48,296 nucleotides of DNA from contig JYFJ02002962.1 of the NCBI GenBank assembly GCA_000934665.2, positions 1 to 48,296 on the forward strand, written 5' to 3'. Source of the DNA: Catajapyx aquilonaris. Taxonomy: Eukaryota. A program made the position numbers and the translations under genes. Below are positions 1 through 13,511 of this stretch, piece by piece. Every line of letters starts with the position of its first letter. Position 1 is the first letter of the stretch. The notes beneath the pieces were generated by a model. It searched no databases, had not been told where the DNA came from, and saw nothing but the letters and a program-made list of their open reading frames with translations.

Positions 1-89
1 CTAATATCAGCAGGTGCTATTCCCGATTCTCCAGAAAGAGCCAGAAAGCATCTCTTAGCAACGACCTGCTTATAAACAAGCAGCTTGCG

Positions 90-134
90 CGATTTTTCCA
101 ATAACTACTGGTGCCATAAAGTTGGATCACCCTG
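90..134. mobile_element. Terminus of a Tc1/mariner-like element that runs off the window start
   Basis: ...ataaagttggatcaccctg|TA, the reverse complement of a CAGGGTG mariner-type end, abutting a (TA)n tract. Confidence 0.5.
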
Positions 135-474
135 TATATATATATATATATTTTGCATTACCCCATATCTATTGCGCATATATGGGGGGTGGATTACCAC
201 CATCGGAATTATTTTTTGGAGCGTGTTAAGAAGAATCTTATTATTATGCTCCAAGGTTGTTAGGAGGGGATGTGCAAAGTGCGTGTGCGCTGTCGAGTAG
301 TGGTCATTTTGTGACTCCCCCGGGTGGCTTAGTCTATCGGAAATTGCCACCCGAAACGAAGCCAGAGATGGCCCAACTCTGCACGAAAGAAGGTGGGAAC
401 CCCGGGTGGGGATTGAACCCGGGACCTTCACTTCCGTGGGCGCGCGCGTTACCGCGGCGCCACTCCGTCTCCCC
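135..474 (-). mobile_element. tRNA-derived SINE, family A copy 1
   Basis: Minus-strand head GGGGAGACGGAGTGGCGCCGCGGTAA (A box) ... GGTTCAATCCC (B box); near-identical to 34091-34430; (TA)n tail. Confidence 0.88.
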
Positions 475-1565
475 TATATATATATTTAAATGAAATGAAA
501 TGTAGGAGAGAACACAAGAGAAAAATGGAATATTTTAAAGTGGCATGGGGGGGGGGGNNNNNNNNGGGGGGGGGGGGGTAAATCTGGCGCTGCCTATTTC
601 AAGACAAAATTCTTCACCTTTTTTTGGATGGAAGTCCTCAACATATAATTTATTAGCATTTAAGCTTACTATAGGCAAGCTATAGGTAAGGTACCTACAT
701 ATATTATTTTGAATATGCAACTGGGTGTGTTAATCTACCCCCACCATTGCTTAATTTGCAAGATACTCGCTCAAATTAACTTGCAGAAGTCCTGAAAGTG
801 GTACTGACACCTATGAGGGGCATTCATAAAGTTCGTACCTTTGGGTTGAAGAAAAAGTTGGTATAAATGTATGACTCTCCAGAGAGAAGGGGTGGAATTT
901 TCATCACACTGCTTAGCAGTAGCTATCAGTGGGATGAAAATTCCATCCAAGGACTAATACATGTGTGCAATACATTTGAACCGTTTCTCTCTTATCCTTC
1001 AACCCAAAGGTACAAACATTATGTATTTCCAGCCAAAAGTAACTTACATAATTTTTTGAACAATAATTTTCCTACTACAAAGTTTATTCAACCTTATAAT
1101 TGGGAATACTTGCATCACAAAATGGGCATCAATGACTGTCGATAATGGGAACAATGGAGCTAACAATAAATTAAACTTTCGTGTCAATATACTCTTCTGT
1201 GGCTGAATCCTTAATGAACTGTACCTGATGCTTATTATATACAGAAATTAGGCTACTGACCACAATGTTTCCAGCAAATCAGCAATGTTGCATCTGATGC
1301 AGTTAGCAATATTTTTAAATAATAAACACAGCTTCTTATTGGCAAAGAATTCTTACAAGTATATGTAGGCTACTTAACTTGGTATTACAACACCTGTTCA
1401 TGCACTAAAAGCAGGAGGATAAGTAGTGTAGAAAGTTTTGAACATTTTAATTGTGGCTCTAAATGCCACCCTTTTTAGAGTTGCCATATGAACTTTTTCG
1501 AATTAATTTATAATACCAGTTGAGAGCAAGTTCAGTACCAGTAGGCTACCTTTTAAATGAAAGTA

Positions 1566-1721
1566 CAGTTGAATCCGGATATAACAGCCTCGGCTATAAC
1601 AAACTTTCGGTTCTAACAGACTCGCAAGGCCAGTCCCGGTATACTTCCATATATGACTTGTGTATTCGGCTGTTACAGACTGATTTCCACAGTCCCTTGA
1701 AGCCTCATCCGGATTCAACTG
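1566..1721. mobile_element. Tigger/pogo-like MITE
   Basis: TIR cagttgaatccggat / atccggattcaactg with TA on both sides. Confidence 0.85.
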
Positions 1722-1937
1722 TATATGAAAACTGCGTACATTGCTCGCCGTGGTCCTTGTCTTTCTTTGCAGCAGAACCAGCAAATAAAATATTATTATG
1801 ATGATTGAAAAAGGGTGCACTCTTACATGTATAGTATACAGTACCAGTAACACAACTGATGATCTTGTCAGCAAGGGGTAGATCTTACTCAAGACATATG
1901 GTTATTTCTATTTGAGATGTAAGTCTGAATGAAATTA

Positions 1938-2070
1938 CTCATTCATTCATTCATTCATTCATTCATTCATTCATTCATTACATCATGGCATAATCCCAGA
2001 ACTGGGGTAGCCAGCGACGACTAGTTTGTGCCTAGCCGTCTCATATGACCATTACAATGGACTTTCTGGT
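1938..2070 (-). mobile_element. (ATTC)n microsatellite plus probable 3' end of a non-LTR retroelement
   Basis: Minus strand reads ...gctggctaccccagttctgggattatgcc...(TGAA)n; a similar end occurs at 15350-15414. Confidence 0.45.
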
Positions 2071-2919
2071 GACTCGTCAGGCCACGCAGAAGATATAATG
2101 AATTTGGTGATGATGAAATCGATGATAGGGACACATACAAATACATAAACATACAATATAAAAAGTTAATAACAGTATAAACAAAAATATAGAGCAACTG
2201 GAGACTAGGCTCCCAATTACTTATGATTACAGTAATCAATTTTCAGAAGGAAGCATTAGAGACTAGATTGTGTTTCAGAATTTAGCTTATATCCATATTA
2301 GTTGAAATGTCGTGGACTCTCCAGTGTCAAGTTAGTACTCCTGTGCATTTCAGATGGTTGTCTGAAGAATCAAAAGCATACTCACCATGCACAACTAATT
2401 CCTTATGCCTCTCCGCTCAGGGCATCAACAGGACTTGTGGGCATTCGCCCCAACATTTCTGCCAATATGGATGGTAGATTAAACTTGAAAAACATGATAT
2501 ACGTGTACTCATGATTACAGTATATGTGTAGTTACACAACAAAGTGTACATCTGAGTGATCTGACTCTGGAAATATTCTATTTCTCAGCAGTGCAGCGCT
2601 GTAAAATGGAGCCATCCCGACATCTTTTAGGCTTTTAAAACCACACTACCTACCGGTAGTTTGAAGTCTGGCCAGAAAACATACCGTATTCTCAGATTGT
2701 TACAACGGATAGCAGGGTAGAAGATAAGTTAGTGTGAATATATGTTTATTACCACCAGTATGTTATTAGCTCTTGTTATTACTAAGCTTTGCTCAGAGGT
2801 GGGAGCAGTACCATTTTGTAACACACATACACAGTTGCACACATTGAGAGGCCATTGATAAATAGACATAATTCCAATGTCCAGTAATGAAGTCCGACAA
2901 AATTGTGAGTAGTGGTGTG

Positions 2920-3216
2920 AATCGATGGGCAAGGATGGCATGGCGAGAGTTAATTTGGAGGCCGCGGTAGAAGTAGGACCATGCGCGCGCGTGCGTTGGG
3001 GCGAAGTGATGTGCGGCCAGCAGAGCCCCCTGGTTCCCTTTAGCCCAACCCTACCACCCTTGGTTTGTTGGCTGGCTGGCTGGCTGACTGGTTCGCTCGG
3101 GTGGGGGAGAGGAGAAGCGGAGACGGAACAAAGCTTGATGTCAGCTGGTGGGTGTGGAGCTGGATGGAGGACGGGCCCAACCATTTCGACATATTCGCAC
3201 ACCAGCCATCACGTGG
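2920..3216 (+). promoter_or_regulatory. Probable promoter / 5' UTR of kuz
   Basis: Locally GC- and CpG-rich, free of recognisable transposons, directly upstream of the start codon. The TSS cannot be placed. Confidence 0.45.
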
Positions 3217-3280
3217 ATGATGATATATGACAGGATCATCATCAGGTTTCTCTTGATCTTCCTACCATGCATCGAAGGTG
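3217..3280 (+). CDS. kuz: kuz exon 1, signal peptide [21 protein letters not shown]
   Basis: ATG at 3217, hydrophobic core, strong G|GTGAGT phase-1 donor. It matches the phase-1 acceptor at 23506 to give ...CIEGATRLNEY. It lies in a CpG-rich region. Confidence 0.82.
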
Positions 3281-6200
3281 GTGAGTTGATATTTCCATCA
3301 ACCCCAGCCTGCCCAGCCCATCCCATCCCAGCCTAGTCTAGACCCCCCAAGGCCTAGGCCTTACATGCACATCATGAAAACACCCGAGAAAACACTATTT
3401 TAACGGTTCATGGACCTGCTCCTTTGTTGTGGGCCAAGTAAACAAAGGAAGGGTTCAGCTGGTATGAGCTGGACACTGTAGGTCCAGCTCATGGAGCGTT
3501 ATGCATTTTGAAGATTGTGGCATGTGTATGGAGCGAGTGTGTTGGTGTATGAGTGTACCCGCCAGTAAAAAATGTTACTAATATTACGAGATAGCGTAAT
3601 TGTGCGCCTTATGCATGTTGACCTTGACGCAAGGCATGTTGGATTGTTTTGTGCAGTGAGTTGCAGGTCAAAAATGCATGCAGGGTGGTATACTACCTAA
3701 GTTTAAGTCTCCAATAATGGGGCGAGGCAACATACAGTGGATTACTGGCTCCAGTCACAATGCGCACTACACTCATGGATGCATATCGGGATGTAGCAGT
3801 GGGATTGGAGCAAGAAATGTCTGCCTTGTTGGAGGTGTCAATTTCGGCAACGTACCAATCCGTGCAGTTAGTACATGAGTGCGTTTGTTCACCCTTTGTT
3901 ACAAGGGGGTGTCTTACCTTGAAAAGTGACATAACTGGCATTTATTATATTACGTTTCGGCATCTCAGGGTAGGATAAAAGTTCTTTTTGAGATGTGTTG
4001 CATTGGTTTACTACTCATGGAAACAGTGCACATTTTTGTTTAGTTTTGGTCCATCTTGCACATGAGAAATACCGTATTACCTCACTCATTGCGGCATGCC
4101 AGTATAAAACGAGGTCGACCAGCATGGCGGTATAACCCGAGGGTGGCCGGCATGCCGCAATACCCGAGTAAATTTCCATAATTTTGATCCTTGTCAAATT
4201 TTTTTGGAATGTATCAGATACTGTACTAAAATAATGTTACGGTGAAAAATGTGTGAGTACAGGGCTGTGAGAATGCAAGTTCATCTGTTTCACAGGACAT
4301 AAAGTGTGACAAATCCGACTGTCAGCCTGCTCTGAGAGGGGAACCCCCTAAACATTACAAAGAATCTGCAAAGAATCAAGGCAAATTCCTTCAGTCCTTC
4401 GTTTTGCTATCAATAGTTCTCTGGCGGCAGATCTCGTTGACAATCAGAGGATCACTTTGCGTAGTGGTATTAAGTCTGAGAAGCCTCGTCACTCAGATAA
4501 TAAAATCCAATCCAAACTTATGAAATATCCTGGTAGGTATGCTTCCCTTGTAGCAGCCTTGCACTTTTAATTGAAAATGTTGCCGTAAAATTAGAACTTA
4601 ACGAACGATCTTATGAGATGTGTCAGGGGATAGAAGTGTCCTGGGCTGTATCCGTACCGTAGAACATGGTGTAATGCATTCCTTTGAGTAATAATAATTT
4701 TCATAGAGATAGTACGTAAACCTTGCCTTATACCGGCATACCTCGCTTAGACCGGCATGCCGGTATAACCACCAGATCGAGCATTTCTAAAAACTGGTCG
4801 ACCTCGCCTACACCAGCATGCGGCAATAAGTGAGGTAATACGGTACCTCAGGGTTGTTTCACATATTCAGCTGAAGAGTGAGCCAGTGAAAAAGAGCGGT
4901 AGCAAGGCATGGGCAGAAAAGCAGCACATAAGACCTTATCACCAAGAACGCTGGTGGCAGGTCCCACAAATTCAGTGGATGGTTTGCGAGCTTTTAGAAA
5001 AATTCTAGGCGCTGACAGGAGGGAGCAGCTTTTGCATAGGACGATGCTGTTTGTGGTGTTTTGGGGGGAGGAAAGTGGTTTTTATAACAGATACAGCCTT
5101 CTGACGCAAAGACCAAGACCATAGTCACTGGTGGCTATGTAAAAAAAAAAAAGGAGCAACCATGTTAATTCCTGTAACCACATGCTTCCTGTCTGCCAAA
5201 AGTCCACCATTATGGAGTTCAGCAATTCCATACTGCTTGGCTGCTGCCTGCAGTGCCACCACAGAATTTGTGAATTCCTTCCACTCGTGGCATGCACCCT
5301 AAATGCCCATTTCCCTCCCACTCACTCTTCTGCCGAATTTGCGAAACAGCCTTTAATCTTGCATATTTTTGCTGGTGTCTGAATGACTTGTTTGAGTGGG
5401 GTACTGTGAATAGACATAACCAGACCTGTTCTGAGCATCCATGAAGCGAAGTTGACACACAGATCTTTTCCGGAATGAGTAGGCGAGTTCTTGCAATATA
5501 TAGATTTATAAAAATCCACGATTCATACAGGGTGTTTCCGAGTCACGGGTCAAGCACGTGCGAGGGGGTGGGGAAAAATCGTAGGTGGCAACAACCCCGG
5601 TCGGTTTTGTGAAACAATTAGAAATACGGGAGTAATCAATTATTTTATTATTGTGTGACGTCACATCCTTTCTGTTGGAATTGACTGGCGTGGACTGGCA
5701 GGTGCCGTGGGTTGAACGGCTTTTTAGCCTTGCGGGTTGCACTGAAAAAGGCGCTCTCCTGCTATGCCGGCAGGGTACCGTGTACAGTACCCTCCCGTAT
5801 TTCTAATTGTTTCATAAAACCGACCGGGGTTGTCGCCACTTACGATTTTTCCCCACCCCCTTGTGCGCGCTTGACCTGTGACTCTGAAACACCCTGTATA
5901 GCAGTACTTCAAAATTCATTTATTGGTGTGTGCTATTCCACTGAGTTATTTTAAACAGCTTGCAGATGGGCTGACCAGAATTAATTTAATGTTAGAAGCC
6001 AAGGCAGCTAAGACCATGAAGCTATGAGAAAGGATGGGGTGGGGGTGGGGGGTGGGAGCTGGCTTGCATCTGTGGGTGTTAGAAAGGTTGTGTATGAATA
6101 TTTTTACCACTACAACTCACACCTGCAAGTGGAAACCAAACTGCCTGAGTGCTTTACAGTTCCATAGTGTGACGTCAAGATGGAACAACTGGGCTGGGAA

Positions 6201-6542
6201 ATGAAGGTGGAGCAGCTGCTAGCTGAGCTAGGGGCTAGAGATGGGCAGGCAAGCACATTGATGAGGGAGAAAATATGGGAGCATTATACAAGGTGTTCAC
6301 ATTGCAAGGGAGTAGAATGGCTGGTGCATATAGTATTTTCAAATATAATCGCACTAGGAGCTCAAATGTATTGGCACTCACAATAACTATATTATTGGCA
6401 GATGCACAAGAATGCTTGTGGCACATGTTAGTAAACAAGAGTTAAATACAATATATGTTAAATCCACTTTGGGTGTTGATGGTCATCACTTATCTGCCCA
6501 GAACGAATCTGTGGTCTTGCAGGTTGAAAATTGAATATTAAT

Positions 6543-6587
<45 letters not shown>

Positions 6588-9500
6588 GGGTTAGTGGACC
6601 ACCCATTTGATGGGCATTTAATAAAAATAAAAATAATAAAAATAATAATCCGGGTAGTGCACGAACTCATTCAGAGTTATATTGCACGGACCTTTATTAC
6701 TCATATACATTAGTATACATCAGGACCTGATTACGTAGCGCCCGGGCCCACGGGCAGGATGACAGGAGGGGATGTGCAAGGTGCAGTGCAATGTCTTATC
6801 CGTGGCCATTTTTAGTGAACTCCCCCGGGTGGTTTAGTCTGTGGCAATACCACCCGAGACTAAGCCAGAGGTGACCCTAAACTCTGCACGAGATGAAGGG
6901 GGTGTCTCCGGGCTGGGATCGAACCCGGGACCTTAACATCCGTGGGCGCATACGTTACCACAGCGCCACTCCGTCTCCCAATTTGATGGGCATTTAGCAC
7001 GGTACCTTTATTTGCTTTTTAGGTGTACAAGCTTTGTTGGTCCTTTTCTGTAATGCCTGGGTACCACGAGCGAGGGAGGATGAGTGGGAGGGGATGTGCA
7101 ATGTGCAGTGCAATATTGTTGCTATGGTCATTTTGTGAACTCCCCCGGATGGTTAATCTCGAGGAATCCCACCCAAGACGAAGCCAGAGATGACCCTGAA
7201 CTCTGCACAAGATGAAAGGGGGGAGTGCCCGGGCTGGGGATCGTACCCGGGACCCTAACATCTGTGGGTGCATACATTACCGTAGCGCCACTTCGCCTCC
7301 CCGCGAAAATGGCATATTATGAAGCAGGCTGGTGGTGAGGCAATGAACTGATGGTGATTGCATTTTAGCTGCTACCTTGCACCATGCATACACTAGTAAA
7401 ATGTAGCTTGTTCTTCTTGAGGGGAGACTCACTTTGGGATTGCAGGGACAAAAACTTCAGAAGATGCAACACTTCTCACCTATGGTCATTTATTTCTCAT
7501 GACACAGGTTAGAACACATTCCCCAAGGCTGGTGAAACCTAAGACATATTTTTAGGGGGGGCATGGTGGTCTATTGGGTATGGTGCTGGCCAACCAAGCA
7601 AATTCCGTCCCTGTCACCTCTGCTTGGTCGGGTCTTTTTCTGCTTTTCACCCAACATGTCTGGGCAGAATTGCACTCCCTTCTTTGCCCACGACCAAGAG
7701 AAAACGTCTGGTATTTAAGGGTATAAAATGACTACTTAAGAGCGCTCTCCCTTGGGAACTTCCCCTTCCCCCCCCCCCAAAAAAAAAGGGCCCAAGGCCA
7801 TATCATAGGGTAACACAAACAAACAAACAAACTAACCTAAGACATTTCCATATAGTCTAACATAAGGGTCATTCAACTGAAAACAAGCCCAAGTCATAGC
7901 AAATTACAGTTTTAGTTTTTCGTGACATCGTCTACACAAAACGAATGTGGTGCTGCTGTAATGTTATGATGCTCTGATAGTTGGCGATTCCGTGGGAGTA
8001 CTGTGTATGAAAACGGCATGTCTTTGTCATGTGTCAAAGCCTGAAGTAAGCTGTTGCAAGAGGGGTGGTCATCATTGACTGGTGATTCTAGGCCATGGCA
8101 AGCAGGCTTTAACACTTGAAAAAGACATGCAGTTTTCTGCAGTTTTCCATGCAATGATGGATTTCCGTACTCCCAACGCCTGCCACTGTTCAAAAAAGGA
8201 TTACCACTTGCTCCTCAATGCTCATTGCTTTCATATCTGACTGGACCGTCTTTCTGATGGGGGTCGTAAACAAAGGCACACTGCCAATGTTTCACGTGAT
8301 CGAATTGCCAACTGTCAGTGCGTCATAATACTGCATCAGTACCACCTTCCTTTTGTGTAGAAGATGCCACGAGAAATCCATTCACAATTTGCCATGGCCT
8401 TGGCTCATTTTCATTTGAATGACCCTTATATTAGCAGTTCAAATTCTTTATAGCTATAAAAATAACAATTTGAAAGGATCTTCTGAAGAATATGTGGCTT
8501 GTGCAAAAATGTTACTGACTACTATGGACAATTCAGTTGGAGCACACTGTGTATGTGTGCTGTGCAACAGCTGCGAGTACTTATTTAAAATACTTAATGT
8601 AATTGCATATTAATGGAATTTACGTGATAAGGATATATGCTTCCCTATACAAGTGAACTTGGGAAACTCGCGGACAATCGCCAGGTAGACTGATAGTACT
8701 CACAAAACCAATATAGAGATGTGGAATTAGTTTTGGGATCCATTGCATAGTGAATGCCTATGGCGCTGTCAAAGTTTCGTGACGACACATCATTTCCGCC
8801 AGCTTCTAAGAAGCAAAAGTCAGTGTGAGGGCTTCCGGTCCCTTGCCTTGGTCCCCTAACACATCGGACATGTGCAAAAAGCGATCAAATCCCGTCAGAG
8901 TCAGAATCTGGGTACGAAACCCATGTACTTGCTCGTTTTTGCCTCATATTCCACCATCCGGCACACTACACTTTAAGGGCACTGTACACATTAACTATGC
9001 AATGGAGCCAAAAACGAATTCCACATCCTGATATTAGTTTTGCAAGTAGCCTACTATAAGTTTACCTGGCGATTGTCCATGAGTTTCCCGTTACCCTGCA
9101 TTGTTGAAGGATACCTGCATGGATTGATTTTGCCATGACACGATAAATTTTAGTGCAAGTTGTCTCTAATAATGTGAAGTGAAAAGAGAAACTTAATTAC
9201 ATCCTATCTGCTTTCTGAGTTTTTGAAACCTCCCTTTTTAAAGTTTCGAATTTGCAATGTGCAATGTACATGTACAAATTGGGGGGGGGGGGGGGGGGNG
9301 GGGGGGGGATGCACCAGCTACCATCATTTCAATAAGAATTAAAGTAAGAATAAATATTTTAACTTATAGGATATGTGGCGATTGTTTATTTGAAAAATAT
9401 CATGTTATGAATTAAGAGCTTGGATTTTAACATTGAAGAGTATGTAGATGGGGAAATAACAGTTTCCCTTTCTTATCTAGCATTCCACTTCACCAGAAAT

Positions 9501-12500
9501 GGTGGTACTCAGAAATACTTATCCTTAGAGATATCCTTTAGGTGACACGAGAATTCATGGCGATAAGAGCAAGACAGGGTGTTGTCATGTCTTGGATGTG
9601 ATCATTTCCAAAATGTGTTGCGTCAAATGCATGGCATATGACAACTCAGAGTGTTTTACCCTAAGACTCTAAGTTATCGCATTGGGTTGTCAGGAGTGTG
9701 TGACATTCAACTAAGACAAAAAAAAATCACAATATGAAGTCTGTTTTGGATGGAATGATAGTGATTCTCAAGGCAAGAGATTGGATTTTTTAATGACGTA
9801 GGGGGAGGGGGCGAGGGAGGGGGGGCGGAGAGAGAGAACAGGGCTACTCGAATCATTTGTGACGAGGTTCAGTATATTTTCCTTCTCCATAATAATAACA
9901 GCAACAACAATATTTAGGTAACTCCGTGTTGGGTCTGTGACCTGCTTTCATATGCATAGGCAATCATGGACTTCATTAAAGTCTGAATAATTTCTAAGAA
10001 CACTTTGAGATTAGTCATTTTGTTGGTATGACACTGTTTATTAACAGCACCTACTCACTTCAGGACAAGCCCAGGATGGTCTTACATGCCTCCACTCTAT
10101 GCTCCCCTATGTTTTTCCTCCAAACTAATACATGTCATACAGAAAAAAACTAAGCATGGGTAGGTTTTTATTCACTTCCTGTCCCAGGGTGGGGGCACAG
10201 ATAGGTTGCTGTTGACAGTTTGATGTGAGGAAGGCTTTTGGGGGTGATAACATGTGACACCCTAACCCAAAGACAAAGGCTTCAACTTGAAGATGGAAGA
10301 AAGACATACATTTTGGGGAGTAAATTTTGTAATGTAGTCATATCCTCTGCAATTCTCTCACGTTTGCATCTATGAATGGAACTGAAGAAATCAGGTGTAC
10401 ATTTTTTTTGTTATATGGGTTGGTCACTAAGCACAGGAACTAACAGTAAGTGTCAAATGATTGTAACTATACACTCTATGTAATTCCCTGATATAACGTG
10501 CCAGGAACTAGATTATTTAAATTTGAATTATTAATCTTCAAACGAAAGGCCAATCTTAAGGGTATAAATTTATCAAGAAAACATGACTGAGATCATAATT
10601 ATATGAGTAAGTGGAATAATTTTAGGAGTTATACAGGAAGGGCCACTGTGGCGTGCACGAAACTCCCAAGTTGCCAGCCGATTATCTGGCTTGGCCACCT
10701 GAGGATAGGTTTTGGATCATTGTCAGAAACTTACAGAGAGCCAGACACAAAAAATAATAAGTGATTTGCTCCGTTTGCTACCTCTAGGTAAGTTTGTTTA
10801 CCCCTGGCGTTGGGGCTCATCAAAAATTAACCAAAGTATGTTCCGCAGAACCAACACAAAGTGGCCAGGGCCCTGTGTTCACAAACTTGTTGATCATTGG
10901 TTCTCATGCTTGACATTACTCAGGCTATGTTGAGTAATATTTTGTAGTGGACAAGTGCAACTAAGGGAGGCTCTAGAAAACTTCTTAGCAGCTGCCTTTG
11001 TAAAATAAATGCAACAGTTCATGGAACATGTTGGGCAACATTTGTGAGTGGGCTTTGTAAGTGGCAGGCGTGGGGGAAAAAAAGGAGAGCGAAAATAAGG
11101 AAGAAATAAAAGGACAAGGACAAAATAGTACCGCACATTATAACTGTAGTGCTGATATTTCCACTGCTGGATTGTTCTCCCATTTGGCATGGGAGATCAA
11201 CACAATCCCCCATGCATGGCAGCGCAATTGTGTGTGTCAATTTGGACCTGAGTTTGAAACTCGGTCAGACGTTGTGCGTCATTGTCACCCCCTCCAAATT
11301 GCAACATTAGATGTGTAGTCACGTTGTCTATGCCGTTGCAATCTATCCTGAATATAGGGCAGCAACACTTTGGACACATGGTCAGTACGGGGCACCTAAT
11401 TTGTTACCCCTGCCCGTGCATTCCGTGATGGAAACAAGCCCCGAATCTCACGCGAAGAGGCAAGCAGTCCTTCCCCATTGTAGAAGGCCGACATCAATCT
11501 GACAGGAACAAAGAGGCACGCAAGATGTGCTTTGGACAGTAGGCCCAGGCTTGGAAGATCGCGAATATTCAAGGTGAAGTGCATATGGCGTGCGAAATTG
11601 GGTCTCCTGGCGACATGCTACAGCATGCCCACCCGCCCCCTCGAGCCACTTCTTGTTTGCCAGTGATGGCTGTTATTGCCGGAGCTTTGCGGCGTGGTTG
11701 TCAAATTCGGGTATAGGAAACCGGAGGAACTGATGGGAGTTGGCAGGCCAATGTCCATACGGAGCCGTTGGCGCGTGCTGCATGGGCACCCATGTGGAAG
11801 CCATGGGTTCACCTGGCCCCCACACCCACAGGACACTTTAGGAAATTAGGGTCTATCCAAGAGGTTACCGGAGGTTACTGTTGTATAGAACATGCATGTG
11901 ATTCACGGAAAAGTACAATCTTCTTAGATGAAATTGCTTTTTTTGCCCATTAAAAGTTCAGGTAAATAGCGTTCCACTGTCCGATGACAATTGAGTGGTC
12001 ATTTTCTCCCAGGTAATAGGAGAAGCGGTTACAATGTTATTTCTTTGTGCACTAGACTGGGAAGTGGCATCATACAGCTGAGCCCGGAGTATGACTAATC
12101 AAAGTAATCATGCATGGGTTCCACGGCCAAGAATGTCGATTAACCAAGGGAAAGTGATCCTGATATCGCCAGCTGCTGTTGGCAACGAAGCGGACCACAG
12201 TAACAATGTTTCTCAGATGTTATAGTATGGGCCTGTCTGTTGCTCAAGTTTGATTACTAGAAGCCTTGATGGCGTAATTATGTGCATGCTTATCAGCGCG
12301 GTTAGTTGGCACTTGTGAGTCATTGCACCAATGACGTAATCCGTGCTAGGACGTGTGTTTCGCAACGATACGTACTGGTATGTCCGGGCAATTCCACGAG
12401 AAATCGCTTGAGAAAAGAAAAAAAACCGAGGCGCTTCTTCTGGTCGCTCGATAAGTCGCACGTGTTACGCGTCTAATGGCAGCGAGTGTACCGTGTCTAT

Positions 12501-13418
12501 AGACACACCCGGAGCCGATATTTTGTTTGCTGTATCCGGATCGCGAGGCGGGCCGGTTTCGGGGGTTAACCGAGTATCTGTGAGATTGAGCCGCCAATTT
12601 TGAATCCTCATTAACTGCGGGCGAGGCTGAATGATGCAAGAGAAATGCACAAACATGGTCCGGTGCAGTACCCCCAGACATTGCAGGCGTTGTAAATGAT
12701 TGGCTTTTTCCGTCTGTTGGGTCGAAGTGTAGGCAACAGGTAATCGCCCTGCTTGCATGTAATCAATCGGTTTGGTGGTACAGGGTGCAGATAGGAAATG
12801 GTGGTTCAGTGGACTGGAATTAGCAAGGGGGATGGTCCGGGAAGTGACTGCATTGGGCGTAATTTTGTTCTATTGGAAGGGTTGGTCCTGGGTCCGGATA
12901 CTGGCGAAGTATCCGGTACCCCCGCCGGCGGCTAGGGGTGCGCGTGTGTAACAAGGCGAAGTAAGTGCAAAGTTGGAGGATGCATGTCAGGCCGACAGCG
13001 ACCTTCATGGCATCGCATTCCCCCGACGGCGGTATCCGACTCTTTCCTAGCACACGATTCGGTGGCTCCGGGGTGAGGGGTGCACCCAAATCAATTTTCC
13101 AGAAGCGGATAGTTACCAATAATTTTCGGGAGGTACCTCGTATCCTGGCCTAAGCCCGATGTGACACATTACAGGGAGAATAACTTTGGGGCGTGGTTGA
13201 ATGCATTCGGAGATAATGCTCATTAAGAAGCTGCTTTGATGCTCTTGCGGAAGGGTTGGAGTTCCCGCTAACCGAATAAGCGTTTGTGCAGACTCATGTT
13301 ATGTCGGAATGCCAATATCACGTAGTACTCGGATAACTTCGCAGGGTTATTGCATTTGTTAATATTAAAACCTGCATACATTGAAAGGACAATGGTCAAT
13401 GGTCCATCTCTACGAACC

Positions 13419-13511
<93 letters not shown>

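Noticed and set aside
105..493. Repeated ORFs at 105-493 and 34136-34450 as a duplicated gene; SINE heads as true tRNA genes
   Set aside because: They are SINE copies with TSDs and tails; the heads continue into non-tRNA bodies.
547..578. G/C runs with N (also 9299, 15240-15241, 41375-41383) as G-quadruplex elements
   Set aside because: The Ns mark unresolved homopolymers, so true lengths are unknown.
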